From assembly GCA_963743305.1 (NCBI GenBank), contig CAVUPH010000013.1:32001-96000 (forward strand): a stretch of DNA of 64,000 bases, written 5' to 3'. The translations under genes were made by a program, and so were the position numbers. Origin of the DNA: an uncultured delta proteobacterium. Its GTDB lineage: Bacteria; Desulfobacterota; RBG-13-43-22. This document shows, piece after piece, positions 40,306 to 50,674 of this stretch. The notes below the pieces were generated by a model, which saw nothing but the letters and a program-made list of their open reading frames with translations, was not told where the DNA came from and did no database searches. Numbering within the stretch: position 1 is the stretch's first letter; each line of letters starts with the position of its first letter.

Positions 40306-42068
40306 GAAACTTAGCCATTATCGCCCATGTGGATCACGGCAAAACCACCCTGGTGGATGCCATGCTCTGGCAGAGCGGGGTATTTCAAGAACACCAGGCC
40401 GTGGTTGACCGGGTGATGGACAGCATGGACCTGGAACGGGAAAAAGGCATCACCATCATGGCCAAAAATACCGCCGTGGTCTATCAGGGGGTAAAGATTA
40501 ATATCGTGGATACCCCGGGTCATGCCGATTTCGGCGGGGAGGTGGAAAGGACGCTGAACATGGTGGAAGGCGTCATGCTCCTGGTCGATGCCACCGAGGG
40601 CCCCTTGCCGCAGACCCGCTTCGTTTTGGGCAAGGCGCTGGAACGGAGGCTCCCGCCGATCGTGGTGATCAACAAGATCGATCGAACGGATCGACGGATC
40701 AACGAAGTCCTCGATGAAATATATGACCTGTTTATTGATTTAGAGGCGACCGAAGAACAACTTGAATTTCCGGTGCTCTATACCAATGCCCGGGCCGGCA
40801 TCGCCTTGAATGATCCTGAGGGGCAGGAAAAGAACCTGAAAATACTTTTTGAAGCTATCTTGAAAACGATTCCGGCGCCGGCTTATGATCCCGAGGCCCC
40901 TTTGCAGTTCCTGGTCACCAACCTGGACTATAGCGACTACGTGGGTCGGATCGCCGTCGGCAAGGTGGTCAACGGCCGGCTGCAGAAAAGGCAGCAGGTT
41001 GCCCTGCTGAAAAATGGCGAGGTGGCGGGGCAGGCCCTGCTCAGCCAGATCTTCAGCTATGAAGGACTTAACCGGATCGAACAGGAAACCATTGAAGCCG
41101 GAGATATCGCCGCCGTGGCCGGGGTGGCCGAGGTCTTTATCGGCGACACCTTAGGCGATCTTCTTGATCCCCGGCCTCTGCCGACCATCACGGTGGAACA
41201 ACCCACCCTCTCCATGGTTTTCTCGGTCAACACCTCGGCGCTGGGAGGTCGGGAAGGCCACCTGTTAACCTCCCGCCACATCAAAGAGCGGTTGGATAAG
41301 GAATTGCTTTATAATGTCAGTATCGGGGTGGAGGCGGCGGAAAGTCGGGATTCTTACAAAGTCAGCGCCCGGGGAGAGTTGCAGTTGGCCGTCTTAGTGG
41401 AAATGATGCGCCGGGAGGGCTTTGAACTCTCCCTCTCCAAACCCGAGATCATCACGCGAAAAGTAAACGGTCAGTTAATGGAGCCCCTGGAGTTGGCCGT
41501 GGTAGATATCCCCGAGGAATACATCGGAGTGGTCAGCGAAAAGCTTAGCGCCCGCCGCGGGCGGATGACCAAAATGATCAACCACGGATCCGGCCGGGTC
41601 CGTCTGGAATTTGAGATCCCCTCCCGGGGGCTGATAGGATTGCGGAGCCAATTCCTAACGGACACCCGGGGCACCGGGCTCTTCAATACCCTGGTTACCG
41701 GGTTTACTCCTTATGCCGGGGCCATCCCGGCCCGGCCCAATGGGGTCCTCATCTCCGACCGCCCCGGCAAGGCCGTAGCCTATGCCATCTTTCATCTCCA
41801 GCCTCGGGGGACTATTTTCGTCAATCCCGGGGAACCGGTCTATGCCGGCCTGATCGTGGGGGAGAATTCACGAACCGAAGACATGTGGGTCAATATTACC
41901 AAAGAAAAAAAACAGACGAATATCCGGGCTGCCAATACGGACGAGGCCCTGCGCCTGGTTCCCCCGCGACGCTTTACCCTGGAACAAGCCATGGAGTACA
42001 TCAATGACGATGAACTGGTTGAGATTACCCCGCAATCCATCCGTCTCCGGAAGATAAGAAATAAGTAA
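40284..42068 (+). CDS. typA: translational GTPase TypA/BipA
   Basis: [45 protein letters not shown]. Confidence 0.97.
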   Translation: MQTRQDLRNLAIIAHVDHGKTTLVDAMLWQSGVFQEHQAVVDRVMDSMDLEREKGITIMAKNTAVVYQGVKINIVDTPGHADFGGEVERTLNMVEGVMLLVDATEGPLPQTRFVLGKALERRLPPIVVINKIDRTDRRINEVLDEIYDLFIDLEATEEQLEFPVLYTNARAGIALNDPEGQEKNLKILFEAILKTIPAPAYDPEAPLQFLVTNLDYSDYVGRIAVGKVVNGRLQKRQQVALLKNGEVAGQALLSQIFSYEGLNRIEQETIEAGDIAAVAGVAEVFIGDTLGDLLDPRPLPTITVEQPTLSMVFSVNTSALGGREGHLLTSRHIKERLDKELLYNVSIGVEAAESRDSYKVSARGELQLAVLVEMMRREGFELSLSKPEIITRKVNGQLMEPLELAVVDIPEEYIGVVSEKLSARRGRMTKMINHGSGRVRLEFEIPSRGLIGLRSQFLTDTRGTGLFNTLVTGFTPYAGAIPARPNGVLISDRPGKAVAYAIFHLQPRGTIFVNPGEPVYAGLIVGENSRTEDMWVNITKEKKQTNIRAANTDEALRLVPPRRFTLEQAMEYINDDELVEITPQSIRLRKIRNK

Positions 42069-42230
42069 AGAAAATCCCAGAACTCCCGAAGAATACAGTA
42101 AACCCTCCAATCCCGGGGCGCGCACTCGCGAAGCCTAAAAATAACGGGAAGGGGAGGCTTGGGCCTCGCCGGCCGGGCGAGTGAAGTCGCCCCCGCCGGG
42201 AAAGAGTCTTTTCGGAGGAGGAGCTGGGAA

Positions 42231-42446
42231 ATGGCTGATAAAGTTTTGATTTTTCTTTCAGCGGCCTTTATTCTCTTGGTCGTTTGGGGTGGGGAGCCCC
42301 TGAGCTCCTTTGTCGATCCTTTTGTTCAAACACTTGACCGGATCAGCGCGCCGGCCCTCGTCCCGGAAGGGGCTTCGGTCAATAAGAGTCCCTATCCACC
42401 CCCGGTGTTTAATCGACGGGTTTTTCTGCCGCTGATTAATAAATAG
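42231..42446 (+). CDS. small exported peptide ending VFLPLINK
   Basis: GGAGGAG RBS, signal-like N-terminus, PYPPP, terminal motif. Confidence 0.55.
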   Translation: MADKVLIFLSAAFILLVVWGGEPLSSFVDPFVQTLDRISAPALVPEGASVNKSPYPPPVFNRRVFLPLINK

Positions 42447-43435
42447 TGATTCCCCGAAAATTCCGCCATCCCCTTTTATTGTTGATTTGGCTTTGTTCGC
42501 TGAGCGGTCCGTCCCCGCTGCCGGCCTTTTCTTTACAAACTCCGGCCAGTCCTTATTCGGTCCATCTTCCGCTGCTGCTGAACGAATTTCAACCGCCCGC
42601 GCCGCTCATCGGTTGGCTGTCCTACGTAAATTATTATCGGGAGACCGCCGGCCTTCCGCCCGTCAGTGAAAAACCGGAATGGAGTGCCGGGAACCGCAGC
42701 CATGCCCTCTACATGGTTCGCAATGACGTCATCGAGCACGACGAAGACCCCGGAAACCCCTGGTACACTCCCGAAGGTCGAACTGCCGCCCGGAGCAGCA
42801 ATTTAATTGTTAGTTTTGACGTGCAGGCCACGGATGAATGGGCCATCGATGGATTTATGCAGGCCCCTTTTCACGCCTTGGGAATTATCGATCCCCGACT
42901 TTTGCAGGTCGGCTATGGGAGTTATCGGGAAGCCGACGGGCAGTACGAGATGGCGGCGGGGTTGGATGTCATTCGTGGAATGGGTTTGGTCGCGCGAACC
43001 CCTTATCCAATTTTTTGGCCCGGAAACGGGGTTTCCGTCCCTCTTTTCTCCTATTGGGGAGAACACCCGGATCCGCTCAGCAGTTGTCCCGGCTACAGCG
43101 CTCCCAGCGGACTTCCCATTATCCTGCAGCTCGGACCCGGGATGCTGACCCCTTCAGTTTCGGCATCGTCCTTGTCGAGCAACGGCCAATCCCTGGAGCA
43201 TTGTGTCTTTGATGAAACCAGCTACGCCAACGGGGATCCGGTTCAGCAGGACCTGGGAAGAAATATTTTGAATGCCCGGGACGCGGTTATCCTGATCCCG
43301 CGGCAGCCTTTGACGCCGGGTTCGACCTATAGCGTCTCGATCACGGCCAATGGGCAGGTCTACGACTGGGTTTTCAGCATAGCGGTCAGGGCCGGGGATT
43401 CCAGTAGGAGGGTTTTTTCAGGTTTCGTCAAATAG
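42446..43435 (+). CDS. CAP (SCP-like) domain exported protein
   Basis: VNYYR..AGLPPV, H..YM....IEHDED, APFHALGIIDP; VHLPLLL motif after the signal peptide. Confidence 0.82.
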   Translation: MIPRKFRHPLLLLIWLCSLSGPSPLPAFSLQTPASPYSVHLPLLLNEFQPPAPLIGWLSYVNYYRETAGLPPVSEKPEWSAGNRSHALYMVRNDVIEHDEDPGNPWYTPEGRTAARSSNLIVSFDVQATDEWAIDGFMQAPFHALGIIDPRLLQVGYGSYREADGQYEMAAGLDVIRGMGLVARTPYPIFWPGNGVSVPLFSYWGEHPDPLSSCPGYSAPSGLPIILQLGPGMLTPSVSASSLSSNGQSLEHCVFDETSYANGDPVQQDLGRNILNARDAVILIPRQPLTPGSTYSVSITANGQVYDWVFSIAVRAGDSSRRVFSGFVK

Positions 43436-43461
43436 GTAATAAAATTGAAATGAAAGAAATT

Positions 43462-43538
43462 TGGTGCCCCTGGCCCGACTTGAACGGGCGGCCTACAGAT
43501 TAGGAATCTGTCGCTCTATCCTACTGAGCTACAGGGGC
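43462..43538 (-). tRNA. tRNA-Arg(CCT)
   Basis: GCCCCTGTAGCTCAGTAGGATAGAGCGACAGATTCCTAATCTGT...GTTCAAGTC...GGGGCACCA; 77 nt. Confidence 0.97.
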
Positions 43539-43668
43539 TTTAGAGATTTCAAGTGGTACGGGAAGGATACTACCACAAATCGGTTGAAATAGAAAGGATT
43601 GGAAATCAAAAAGGCCTTTGGGGTGGAAGTCTTTATAAGCCGAAAATACCGACGTACCCGACGCCGCC

Positions 43669-45175
43669 TTACTTCGGACCGAAGGCATCGGAGCGGTCTT
43701 CAGGGACCACCGCCTCAAGTTTAACGGAACGGGGTTTAGGCGGACGTTTGACGACCGGGGGTTTTTTCGCCTTATCTTTTTTCATCCGGCTTTCTTTGGC
43801 GATCAGGTCCCGCAACTCCTTGATCCGTCCGTTGGCCTCATCATTGCCGGGCTCCAGCTCGAGGGCCTTGAGCAGATCGGCCATGGCCCTCGGATAGTCA
43901 GCCCGGGCTATTTTTATCTCCGCCCGTTCGGCATAGGCCGGGGCGTATTTGGGTTCCAGTTCGATGGCTTGATTGAAATCCGCCAGGGCACCCTCCAGGT
44001 CCCCTTGCTTCTCCCTGAGTTCACCCCGGGCCGTAAAAGCCTTGTGATTTTTGGGAGAGATTTCAATCGCCCGGTTGAAATCCGCCAGGGCCCCGCTGGA
44101 ATCGCCCAATTCCATCTTGATCTCCCCCCGGTTGCGGTGGGACCCGCTAATGTTCGGATTGATGGAGATGGCCTGGTTAAAATCCTTCAGGGCTTCCACC
44201 AATTTGTTGTCTTTAAATAGGATGACTCCCCGGTTGTGGTAGGCGTTCCAGGCCCCCCGAGGATCCTGGGCGATCGCCTGGCTGTAGTCCTTCAGCGCTC
44301 CTGTCGAATCGCCCTGCTTGGCCTTCAAGAAACCCCGAAAGTTGAAGGCCTGGCTGAAAAGTGGATTGAACTCGATCGCCTTATTGTAGTCGAGCAGTGC
44401 CCCTTCCGGATCGGACAGCCTTTCCTTCAGCCGGCCCCGGGCGAAGTAGGTGTTGGCCCCCCGAGGATCCAGTTCAATTGCCCGGTTAAAATCAGTTAAG
44501 GCGCCATTCAAATCGTTGGTCCTGAGCTTGACCTGTCCTCGGTTGTGGTAGGCCCCGGATAGCTTGGGATCGATACTCCAGAGCCCGGGAATGATCCGCC
44601 AGCGCCCCTTCCACATCATCCTTTCGTAGTTTCATGTAGCCCCGCATGGTATAGGGTGGGGCGTAATCAGGATTCAGCTCGATGGCCTGGTTCACGTCGA
44701 CCAAGGCGCCCTCATAATCCTCCATCAGGTATTTCAGTTCCGCCCGGTTGGCGAAATAGATGCTTTGGCTCTGCCGGGTAGCCTTCAGTTCAAGAGCGCG
44801 GTTGTAATCCGCCAGTGCCCCTTTGAAATCCCGCAGCCTTTTCTTCACTACGCCTCGACCGTTATATGCCGAGGCATAATTCGCGTCGAGTCCGATGGCC
44901 CGGGTGTAATCGGTCAAGGCCCCGGGCAGATCGTGATTCCTTTCCTTGGCCACGGCGCGGAGGCGGAAAAAAGTGGGGTTTTGGGAGTTTAGATTTATGG
45001 CCCGGCTGAATTCGGCGATTGCGTCTTCGAACCTCTTCTGGTCGAAATATTTAAGACCCCGGTCATAAAAAGTGTTCGCTTCCTTAGAGGATGGGGTCGT
45101 CTGCGCCGACAGGACCGGACAGAATCCGATCAACAACCCCCCCAAAAAAATCACCAGCAGAATAATTTGCTTCAT
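43669..45175 (-). CDS. exported tetratricopeptide repeat protein; frameshift near 44580
   Basis: Signal peptide and about 12 repeats of AY.NRG......GD..GAL.DY..AIEL.P across two ORFs. Confidence 0.88.
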
Positions 45176-45256
45176 TCTTTCTCCGCTGACCCGAACTTGA
45201 ACATCCTTCACCTTACAAATGCCTTTCGGCGAAAGGCTGATTTAACTGAAACCCTT

Positions 45257-45500
45257 TTAACCCCCACTCCCCGCCTGTGGGGAGCCCGCGAAGCATGGAA
45301 ATAGAAGGGCAGACCTAAAGCCTAAGTTTTTGACTTCAATAATTAATAATCAATTGTGACAATCTCGCAAAAGTCCAAAAACCTGTCATTGCGACCCCGG
45401 ACTTGATCCGGGGGAAGCAATCCCTACCATGGTAACTAGCTGATTCTTGGGGATTGCTTCGTCGCTTCACTCCTCGCAATGACAGCGCTGGGGACTTTTT
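45257..45500. repeat. hairpin-motif copy (45257-45303) and degenerate MITE with GTCATTGCGA palindrome (45385-45483)
   Basis: CTCGCAAAAGTCC ... GGACTTTTTGC around a palindrome with the same spacer as 283-369. Confidence 0.75.
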
Positions 45501-45531
45501 GCTGGTTATAGAGTCTATTTTTGTATTAAAC

Positions 45532-46338
45532 CTATTTCCTTAATGCCCGGGCATAGGCAAAGACGGCCTGGACGTAGTTATCGCAGTGGTTATAGGCGTA
45601 TACGGCTTTCTTTTTCTTAAGGGGGCTTTGGGTGGACCAACCGAATGTCTTCAGATAGTTGGCCATGCTGGCGAAGGCATCGGTCAGGTTGAAAAGATCC
45701 ACTTTTCCGTCTCCGTTGCCGTCCGCCCCGTATTTTCTATAGGAGGAGGGCACAAATTGCGGTATTCCAAAGGCCCCGGCCCAGGAGCCCTTCACCGAGA
45801 GGGGATCCTTTTTCTGTTCCCGGCCGATCAGCAACAGTTGGCCGAGTTCCGCTTCGGCCCATTCGGAACGCCGGTTTTCAATGAGGGCCATGGTGAGCAG
45901 GCTGTTGAAAACAGGACGGTTTCCCGTAAACCGGCCGAAGTTGGTCTCGATGCGGAGAATGGCCACCAGGACCTCCCGGCCCACTCCGTAAGCGGCCTCG
46001 ATTTTTCGGAGGATACGTCGGTTTTCGCGGAGTATAATTTTCCCTTGCTTCACCGACTTTTTGGTGAGCAGTCCGAAGCCCCGTCCAGATAGTTCAGGCT
46101 TTTCCCCGTACGCTCGAGAATCTCCGGGTAAAGCGTTACCCGGTCGTCTGAAAAAACGCGGGAAAGCTCCTCCTCCGTCAAGCCCCGGTCCATGAGCTTT
46201 AACCGCAGTCCATCCAGCTTTTCGACGCAGGGGTGAACAAGAGTCGCCTCTGTAGAAGTACCGGCCGCGACGACCAGGAAAACGCCCAGGAAGATGCTAA
46301 CGATTTCAGATGCCCTCAGCCTTTCTCCCTCCCTTCAC
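45532..46338 (-). CDS. lytic murein transglycosylase, MltB family; frameshifted near 46082, start uncertain
   Basis: ILRIETNFG, GSWAGAFGIPQFVPSS, DGNGDGKVDL, YNH...YV. Confidence 0.85.
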
Positions 46339-46827
46339 AAAAACTCCGTTCATGTCCACTCCCGGATATTCGTCTCGGATGCCGGCCATCCGATCGGAGG
46401 CGACCGGGAACCGATTCGACCATAAGCTGTTCGCCTATCATAGCCTCATGACGGGAATTCTTGTCAAGCCGAAAAAGTTCAGGATTCTATCAGACAGGGA
46501 AGGAGCCCGGCCCCGCACCCGGCCTGGAGTTTATCCAGCACATGAAGCGCGACCGGTTGACAGTTCTTATTGTAATGGTGAGAAGATTTTCATAGGGGTG
46601 TCCTATTCTTCGGGACGTCGTAAGCCAGCTTGGGGGATTGCTTCCCCCGGATTGAGTCCGCGGGAAGCAATGACGGTTGGTGAGTATCAGGGACTATTAT
46701 TAACGAACCTTCGGGCGGGTTGCCAAAAACTCTTTCCCCTGCTCCTCTACTGGGCAAGGAAAAGGGGTAGGCAGCAGGGCTTAATAAGGGTCTGTAAACA
46801 AATAACCTTGACAAAGCGACACTACAA

Positions 46828-46894
46828 CCGTTCGCCCTGAGCTTGTCGAAGGGTGAACGATACGGCCATGCTTCGACAAGCTCAGCATGAACGG
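46828..46894. repeat. REP-like palindrome
   Basis: CCGTTCGCCCTGAGCTTGTCGAAG ... CTTCGACAAGCTCAGCATGAACGG. Confidence 0.75.
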
Positions 46895-46955
46895 AGATAC
46901 CGCGCCATTGTACAGCTTATTTCTTGACGAGTTCTAAGGGTCTTCCTTCAGGAAT

Positions 46956-47252
46956 CTAAACAGATTCTACAGGAAAGGGCTCTCCCATATCGGCAAAGGA
47001 GAAAGCTAAAAAAATGTGGTGACCGTCATAGTCCAACACCCTCAGGTCGTCTGTCTCGTGGAGATCGCCCATAACGACGGAGAAATGCGTTCCATATTCT
47101 TTCTTTACTTTCTCCAAAGAAAGCTCGTAAGCGATGAATTTTTTGATGCCCCGGGCTTTCAACTTATTTACAAAATTTGGATCCGTTAAAGAATTATACG
47201 AGGTTAGAATGAGAATCGGACCTGTTCCGGTGAAAATAACTCCTGCTTTCAT
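46956..47252 (-). CDS. hypothetical cytosolic protein
   Basis: Clean ORF with GGAGG RBS; MKAGVIFTGTGPILILTSY...LRVLDYDGH. Confidence 0.8.
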   Translation of the reverse strand: MKAGVIFTGTGPILILTSYNSLTDPNFVNKLKARGIKKFIAYELSLEKVKKEYGTHFSVVMGDLHETDDLRVLDYDGHHIFLAFSFADMGEPFPVESV

Positions 47253-47505
47253 AACGTGCCCTCCTTTTTTTGTAAGTTATTAAAATAAAATACTTTTATT
47301 TAAAATACGTCCATAAAAATCTTAAGTCGACTACTCATTAAATGTCAATAAAAAAATAGAGCCGCGGCGTACATTCTTATGTGGTCGGGGTTACCAAAAT
47401 CCCTCCTCCGAACGCTGCGGAAATGATACCGATTATCCTCTATTTCCCTTTTCCTAAGGTTTGGGATAAAATAATAAAAAAATTCAGCCAAAGGGAGGCC
47501 CCATT

Positions 47506-47961
47506 ATGAATCATAAAGACACGTCCCTTTTAACAACTTTGCTGGTTGGTTTTATTGCCGGTTTCCTGTCAACCCTGATCTTTCATCAATTGACGCTGGC
47601 CTTGTTATGGAGCATCGGCCTGGCGCCCTTCGGACCTTTTCCCCTGGCCGCCACCAAACCATTCGGGGTCCCCGCGGTCTTTTCCCTGGCCTTTTGGGGG
47701 GGCATCTGGGGTATGGTCTTGGTCCTGATTCAGGGACGCTTTCCCCGGAAAGGCTATTGGCTGTCGGTTTTTATGTTCGGAGCCATTTTAACTTCCCTGG
47801 TTGCCCTGTGCCTGGTGTTGCCGCTTAAAGGCAAGCCCCTGGGTGGCGGCTGGCATCCGGCTCTCTTGCTGACCGCCTTCCTGATCAACGGCGCCTGGGG
47901 GATCGGAACCGCCCTGATCTTTAGGGTCCTATCCAGGCGGTCAGGTGGTCGGCGCGACTAG
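47506..47961 (+). CDS. hypothetical 4-TM membrane protein
   Basis: GGAGG RBS; PFGVP...SLAFWGGIWG. Confidence 0.8.
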   Translation: MNHKDTSLLTTLLVGFIAGFLSTLIFHQLTLALLWSIGLAPFGPFPLAATKPFGVPAVFSLAFWGGIWGMVLVLIQGRFPRKGYWLSVFMFGAILTSLVALCLVLPLKGKPLGGGWHPALLLTAFLINGAWGIGTALIFRVLSRRSGGRRD

Positions 47962-48035
47962 GAACCAGGAGTGAAGAACCGTGAAGGGTATTGGAAGGCG
48001 GCGCATAATTAAATTCATCCCTGGTTCTCAGACCG

Positions 48036-48210
48036 TCAGCCCCTGACACAGCGGACCGGATAGCGGTTGGTTTTGTAATAGCTCAGCAGGTAGGCGCCGT
48101 CGAGTACCAGAATTTAGGCGTTTTTCGTGTCTTTCTCGAAAAGGGTGGAGGCGACCCGGGACACGTAACACATGTGGCCGGCGGTCAGGACGTTGGGGGT
48201 GCCCAGAGCA
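48036..48210 (-). pseudogene. fused relics: molybdopterin oxidoreductase fragment plus DUF1566 C-terminus
   Basis: One frame reads ALGTPNVLTAGHMCYVSRVASTLFEKDTKNA*ILVLDGAYLLSYYKTNRYPVRCVRG*. Confidence 0.55.
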
Positions 48211-48219
48211 AACTCCTTT

Positions 48220-48421
48220 TTAGTCCCCGGTCTCGGCCAGGTCGGAGATCCCGAACTGCAGGACCCGAACGAAACTCAGCATGGCCCGGACGTTTTTTTC
48301 GACTACCGGCATCCCCTGACCTTTTCCCTTCAAGTCCAGGAGCAGGATTTCCAGTTGATCGATGATTACGCTTCATTTCGGCCGGATCGGCCCCGGCCCC
48401 GGTTTCGATTGGTTTCTTCAT
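48220..48421 (-). CDS. small helical protein downstream of paaK; frameshift near 48368
   Basis: Shifted frame reads IIDQLEILLLDLKGKGQGMPVVEKNVRAMLSFVRVLQFGISDL; aligns with 63240-63419. Confidence 0.65.
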
Positions 48422-48425
48422 CGGC

Positions 48426-49751
48426 TTATCCCTTCCGGTTATCTTTAAAGCGTTTTGATTTTAAGGTGTAGCGCGGGAGGCCTCCAGGGGGTACCGGCTC
48501 GATCTTGAAACGGAGGTTGGTCTTGGTCTTGAGCCGTTCCGCGATGCGCCGCTTAAAGCCTTGGAAGACCTCGATCCCCATTTCCTCCCGGGGCTCCACC
48601 TTGAGCGTGATCTCATCCATCACGTCTACGCGTTCCACCCAGATTTCATATTCCACGATTTCCGGGAACTCCCGCCGGACGATTTCTTCGACGGTCACGG
48701 GGGTAAACAGGACTCCTCGGATTTTCCGCAGGTCGTCGGTCCGCCCTTCGACCCCGGAGATCATCCGGGCCGTTCGCCCGCAGGGACAGGCGTCGCTTCC
48801 CCGCCGGACCACATCCTTGGTGTTGAAGCGGATCAGGGGAAAAGAGCGCCGCCCGAGGGGCGTGATCACCGCTACCCCCAATTCCCCCGGGCCCACTTCC
48901 CGGGTCAGGGTTTCCATGTCCAGGATTTCCACCAGGAAGAAAGGCTCCAGGAGGTGCAGGCCCCGGCGTTCGCCGCACATGGCCGCCCAGGCGCAGGGCT
49001 CCGTACCACCGATGTGGTCATAGACCTCGGCCCCCCAAATTTGCTCCAAACGGTTTCGAGTGGCCGGCGGTAACGGTTCCCCGGCGCAGAGCATCCTTTT
49101 TATCCCCAGGGTCCTGGGGTCGATCCCCTCCCGGACGGCTTCCTCGGCCAGATGCAGGCCGTAGGTGGGGGTATTCAGGAGGGCGGTGGCCCGGACTTCC
49201 CTGATTTTGCTGATCCGGCCCCGGGTGTCGAGGGCGCCGCCGGGAACCACCTCGCAACCCAGCTTTTCGGAGGCGTAATGGCCTTCCCAGAAGGCGACAT
49301 AGACGTTGTAGCCGAAGGGGATAAAGACGCGGTCGGTCTCCCGAAATCCGGCCATCCAGAGGATGTGGCACCAGATTTCGATCCGCCACTGCCAGCTCTC
49401 ATAGGATTCCGGGACGTACACCGGCCGGCCTGTCGTCCCCGAAGTCTGGCGGAAATGAGACACCTCGGTCAGGTCGACGCCCAGCATCTCTCCGTAAGGA
49501 AAGGGCTCCTGACCTTCCTGCGCTTTCCGCAGTTCTTCCTTATCCAGGAGGGGGAGTTGCCTGACCGCCTCCAGACTCCGAATTTCCTCGGGAAAAATGT
49601 CCTGGTATTTACGCCGATAAAAGGCCGAGTGATCCTTGGCATATTGAAACATTTGGCGGAAGTTCTTGAGTTCAATGGCTAACCGTCTTTCCGGTTCCAA
49701 AGTTTCCAGCAAGGGGTTCCAGTAATTGCTTCTCTGTTCGGTCATCTCCAA
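48426..49751 (-). CDS. paaK: phenylacetate--CoA ligase family protein
   Basis: QTSGTTGRP, AGEP, DHIGGTE, IRFNTKD, GRTDDL..IRGV. Confidence 0.88.
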   Translation of the reverse strand: MEMTEQRSNYWNPLLETLEPERRLAIELKNFRQMFQYAKDHSAFYRRKYQDIFPEEIRSLEAVRQLPLLDKEELRKAQEGQEPFPYGEMLGVDLTEVSHFRQTSGTTGRPVYVPESYESWQWRIEIWCHILWMAGFRETDRVFIPFGYNVYVAFWEGHYASEKLGCEVVPGGALDTRGRISKIREVRATALLNTPTYGLHLAEEAVREGIDPRTLGIKRMLCAGEPLPPATRNRLEQIWGAEVYDHIGGTEPCAWAAMCGERRGLHLLEPFFLVEILDMETLTREVGPGELGVAVITPLGRRSFPLIRFNTKDVVRRGSDACPCGRTARMISGVEGRTDDLRKIRGVLFTPVTVEEIVRREFPEIVEYEIWVERVDVMDEITLKVEPREEMGIEVFQGFKRRIAERLKTKTNLRFKIEPVPPGGLPRYTLKSKRFKDNRKG

Positions 49752-49931
49752 GGATCCTCCTTCGGGCTAATCTAATAAGGCGGTGCCCGATAAAAAGTGG
49801 TCTCTCCAGACCCGGGACGCCACCTCGTATTTTAGGGATACCCCCCTAATCAAGGGGAAGCACAAAAGTCTATATAGAGAACATGAGGTCTTGGTATAGA
49901 ACAAAAATTTTCGCCGGTCAAGTAAAAATTA

Positions 49932-49966
49932 TTGACAAGGGGCTGAAGACTGGGGTACAGAGTACC
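49932..49966 (+). promoter_or_regulatory. promoter with candidate GntR operator
   Basis: TTGACA (49932) with GGTAC-aga-GTACC over the -10 region; a gntR gene lies in the operon. Confidence 0.4.
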
Positions 49967-50035
49967 AAAAAGCGGAACACAAAATTCCTTTCAAGCGTCC
50001 AGAAATTCGAAGGGCTTTCCGGGTCAGAGCAATCC

Positions 50036-50576
50036 ATGGTCGAAATAAAATTCTTCGGGCGGGGGGGGCAGGGGGCGGTGATCGCTTCCCAGATACTGGC
50101 CAAGGCCTATTTTCTGATGGGCTGGTATCCCCAGTGTTTTGCCCTGTTCGGGGGCGAACGCCGCGGGGCGCCGGTCTTTAGCTTCCTGCGAGTGGATGAA
50201 AAAAAGATCCTCCTCAAGTGCGAGATCATCAAGCCCGACCAAATGATTTTTCTGGCTTCCGATTTGCTGGAAGAAAGGGAAATCGAACGCCTGCCTGAAA
50301 CCGAACGGCCTGATTCTAATCAATAAGACCCAACCCCACCAACCGGCCCTACCTTCCAACCATTTTCGCCTGGCCCAGGTGGATGCCCTGCGCGTTGCCG
50401 CCGAACAGGGGTTGGGAAGCATTATCAATACAGCCATCCTGGGCGCCTACTGCCGGGCCGCCGGGGATGTCCCGCTCACCTGCCTGGAAGAGGCGATTCG
50501 GGGCACGGTGCCGGCCAAGGTGGAGGCCAACGTGGCCGCGGCCCAAAAGGCCTATGAGTTGACCCATATGTTTTAA
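50036..50576 (+). CDS. 2-oxoacid:acceptor oxidoreductase gamma subunit; frameshift near 50293
   Basis: GRGGQGAV, FGGERRGAPV, INTAILGA. Confidence 0.9.
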
Positions 50577-50586
50577 AGACTTTTAT

Positions 50587-50661
50587 TCACCGCCCGCTTC
50601 GCTCAAGACGCAAAGGGCGCGAAGAAAAAATTCCTTGGCGTCCTTTGCGCCTTGGCGGTGC
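50587..50661. repeat. 9-mer-periodic palindrome; half copy at 53574-53601
   Basis: CACCGC..CAAGACGCAAAGGGCGCGAAG ... CTTGGCGTCCTTTGCGCCTTGGCGGTG. Confidence 0.7.
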
Positions 50662-50674
50662 GAAAAATATCTCT

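Noticed and set aside
46310-46840. 176-aa plus-strand ORF
   Set aside because: It spans the mltB upstream region and repeat fragments and has no protein-like features.
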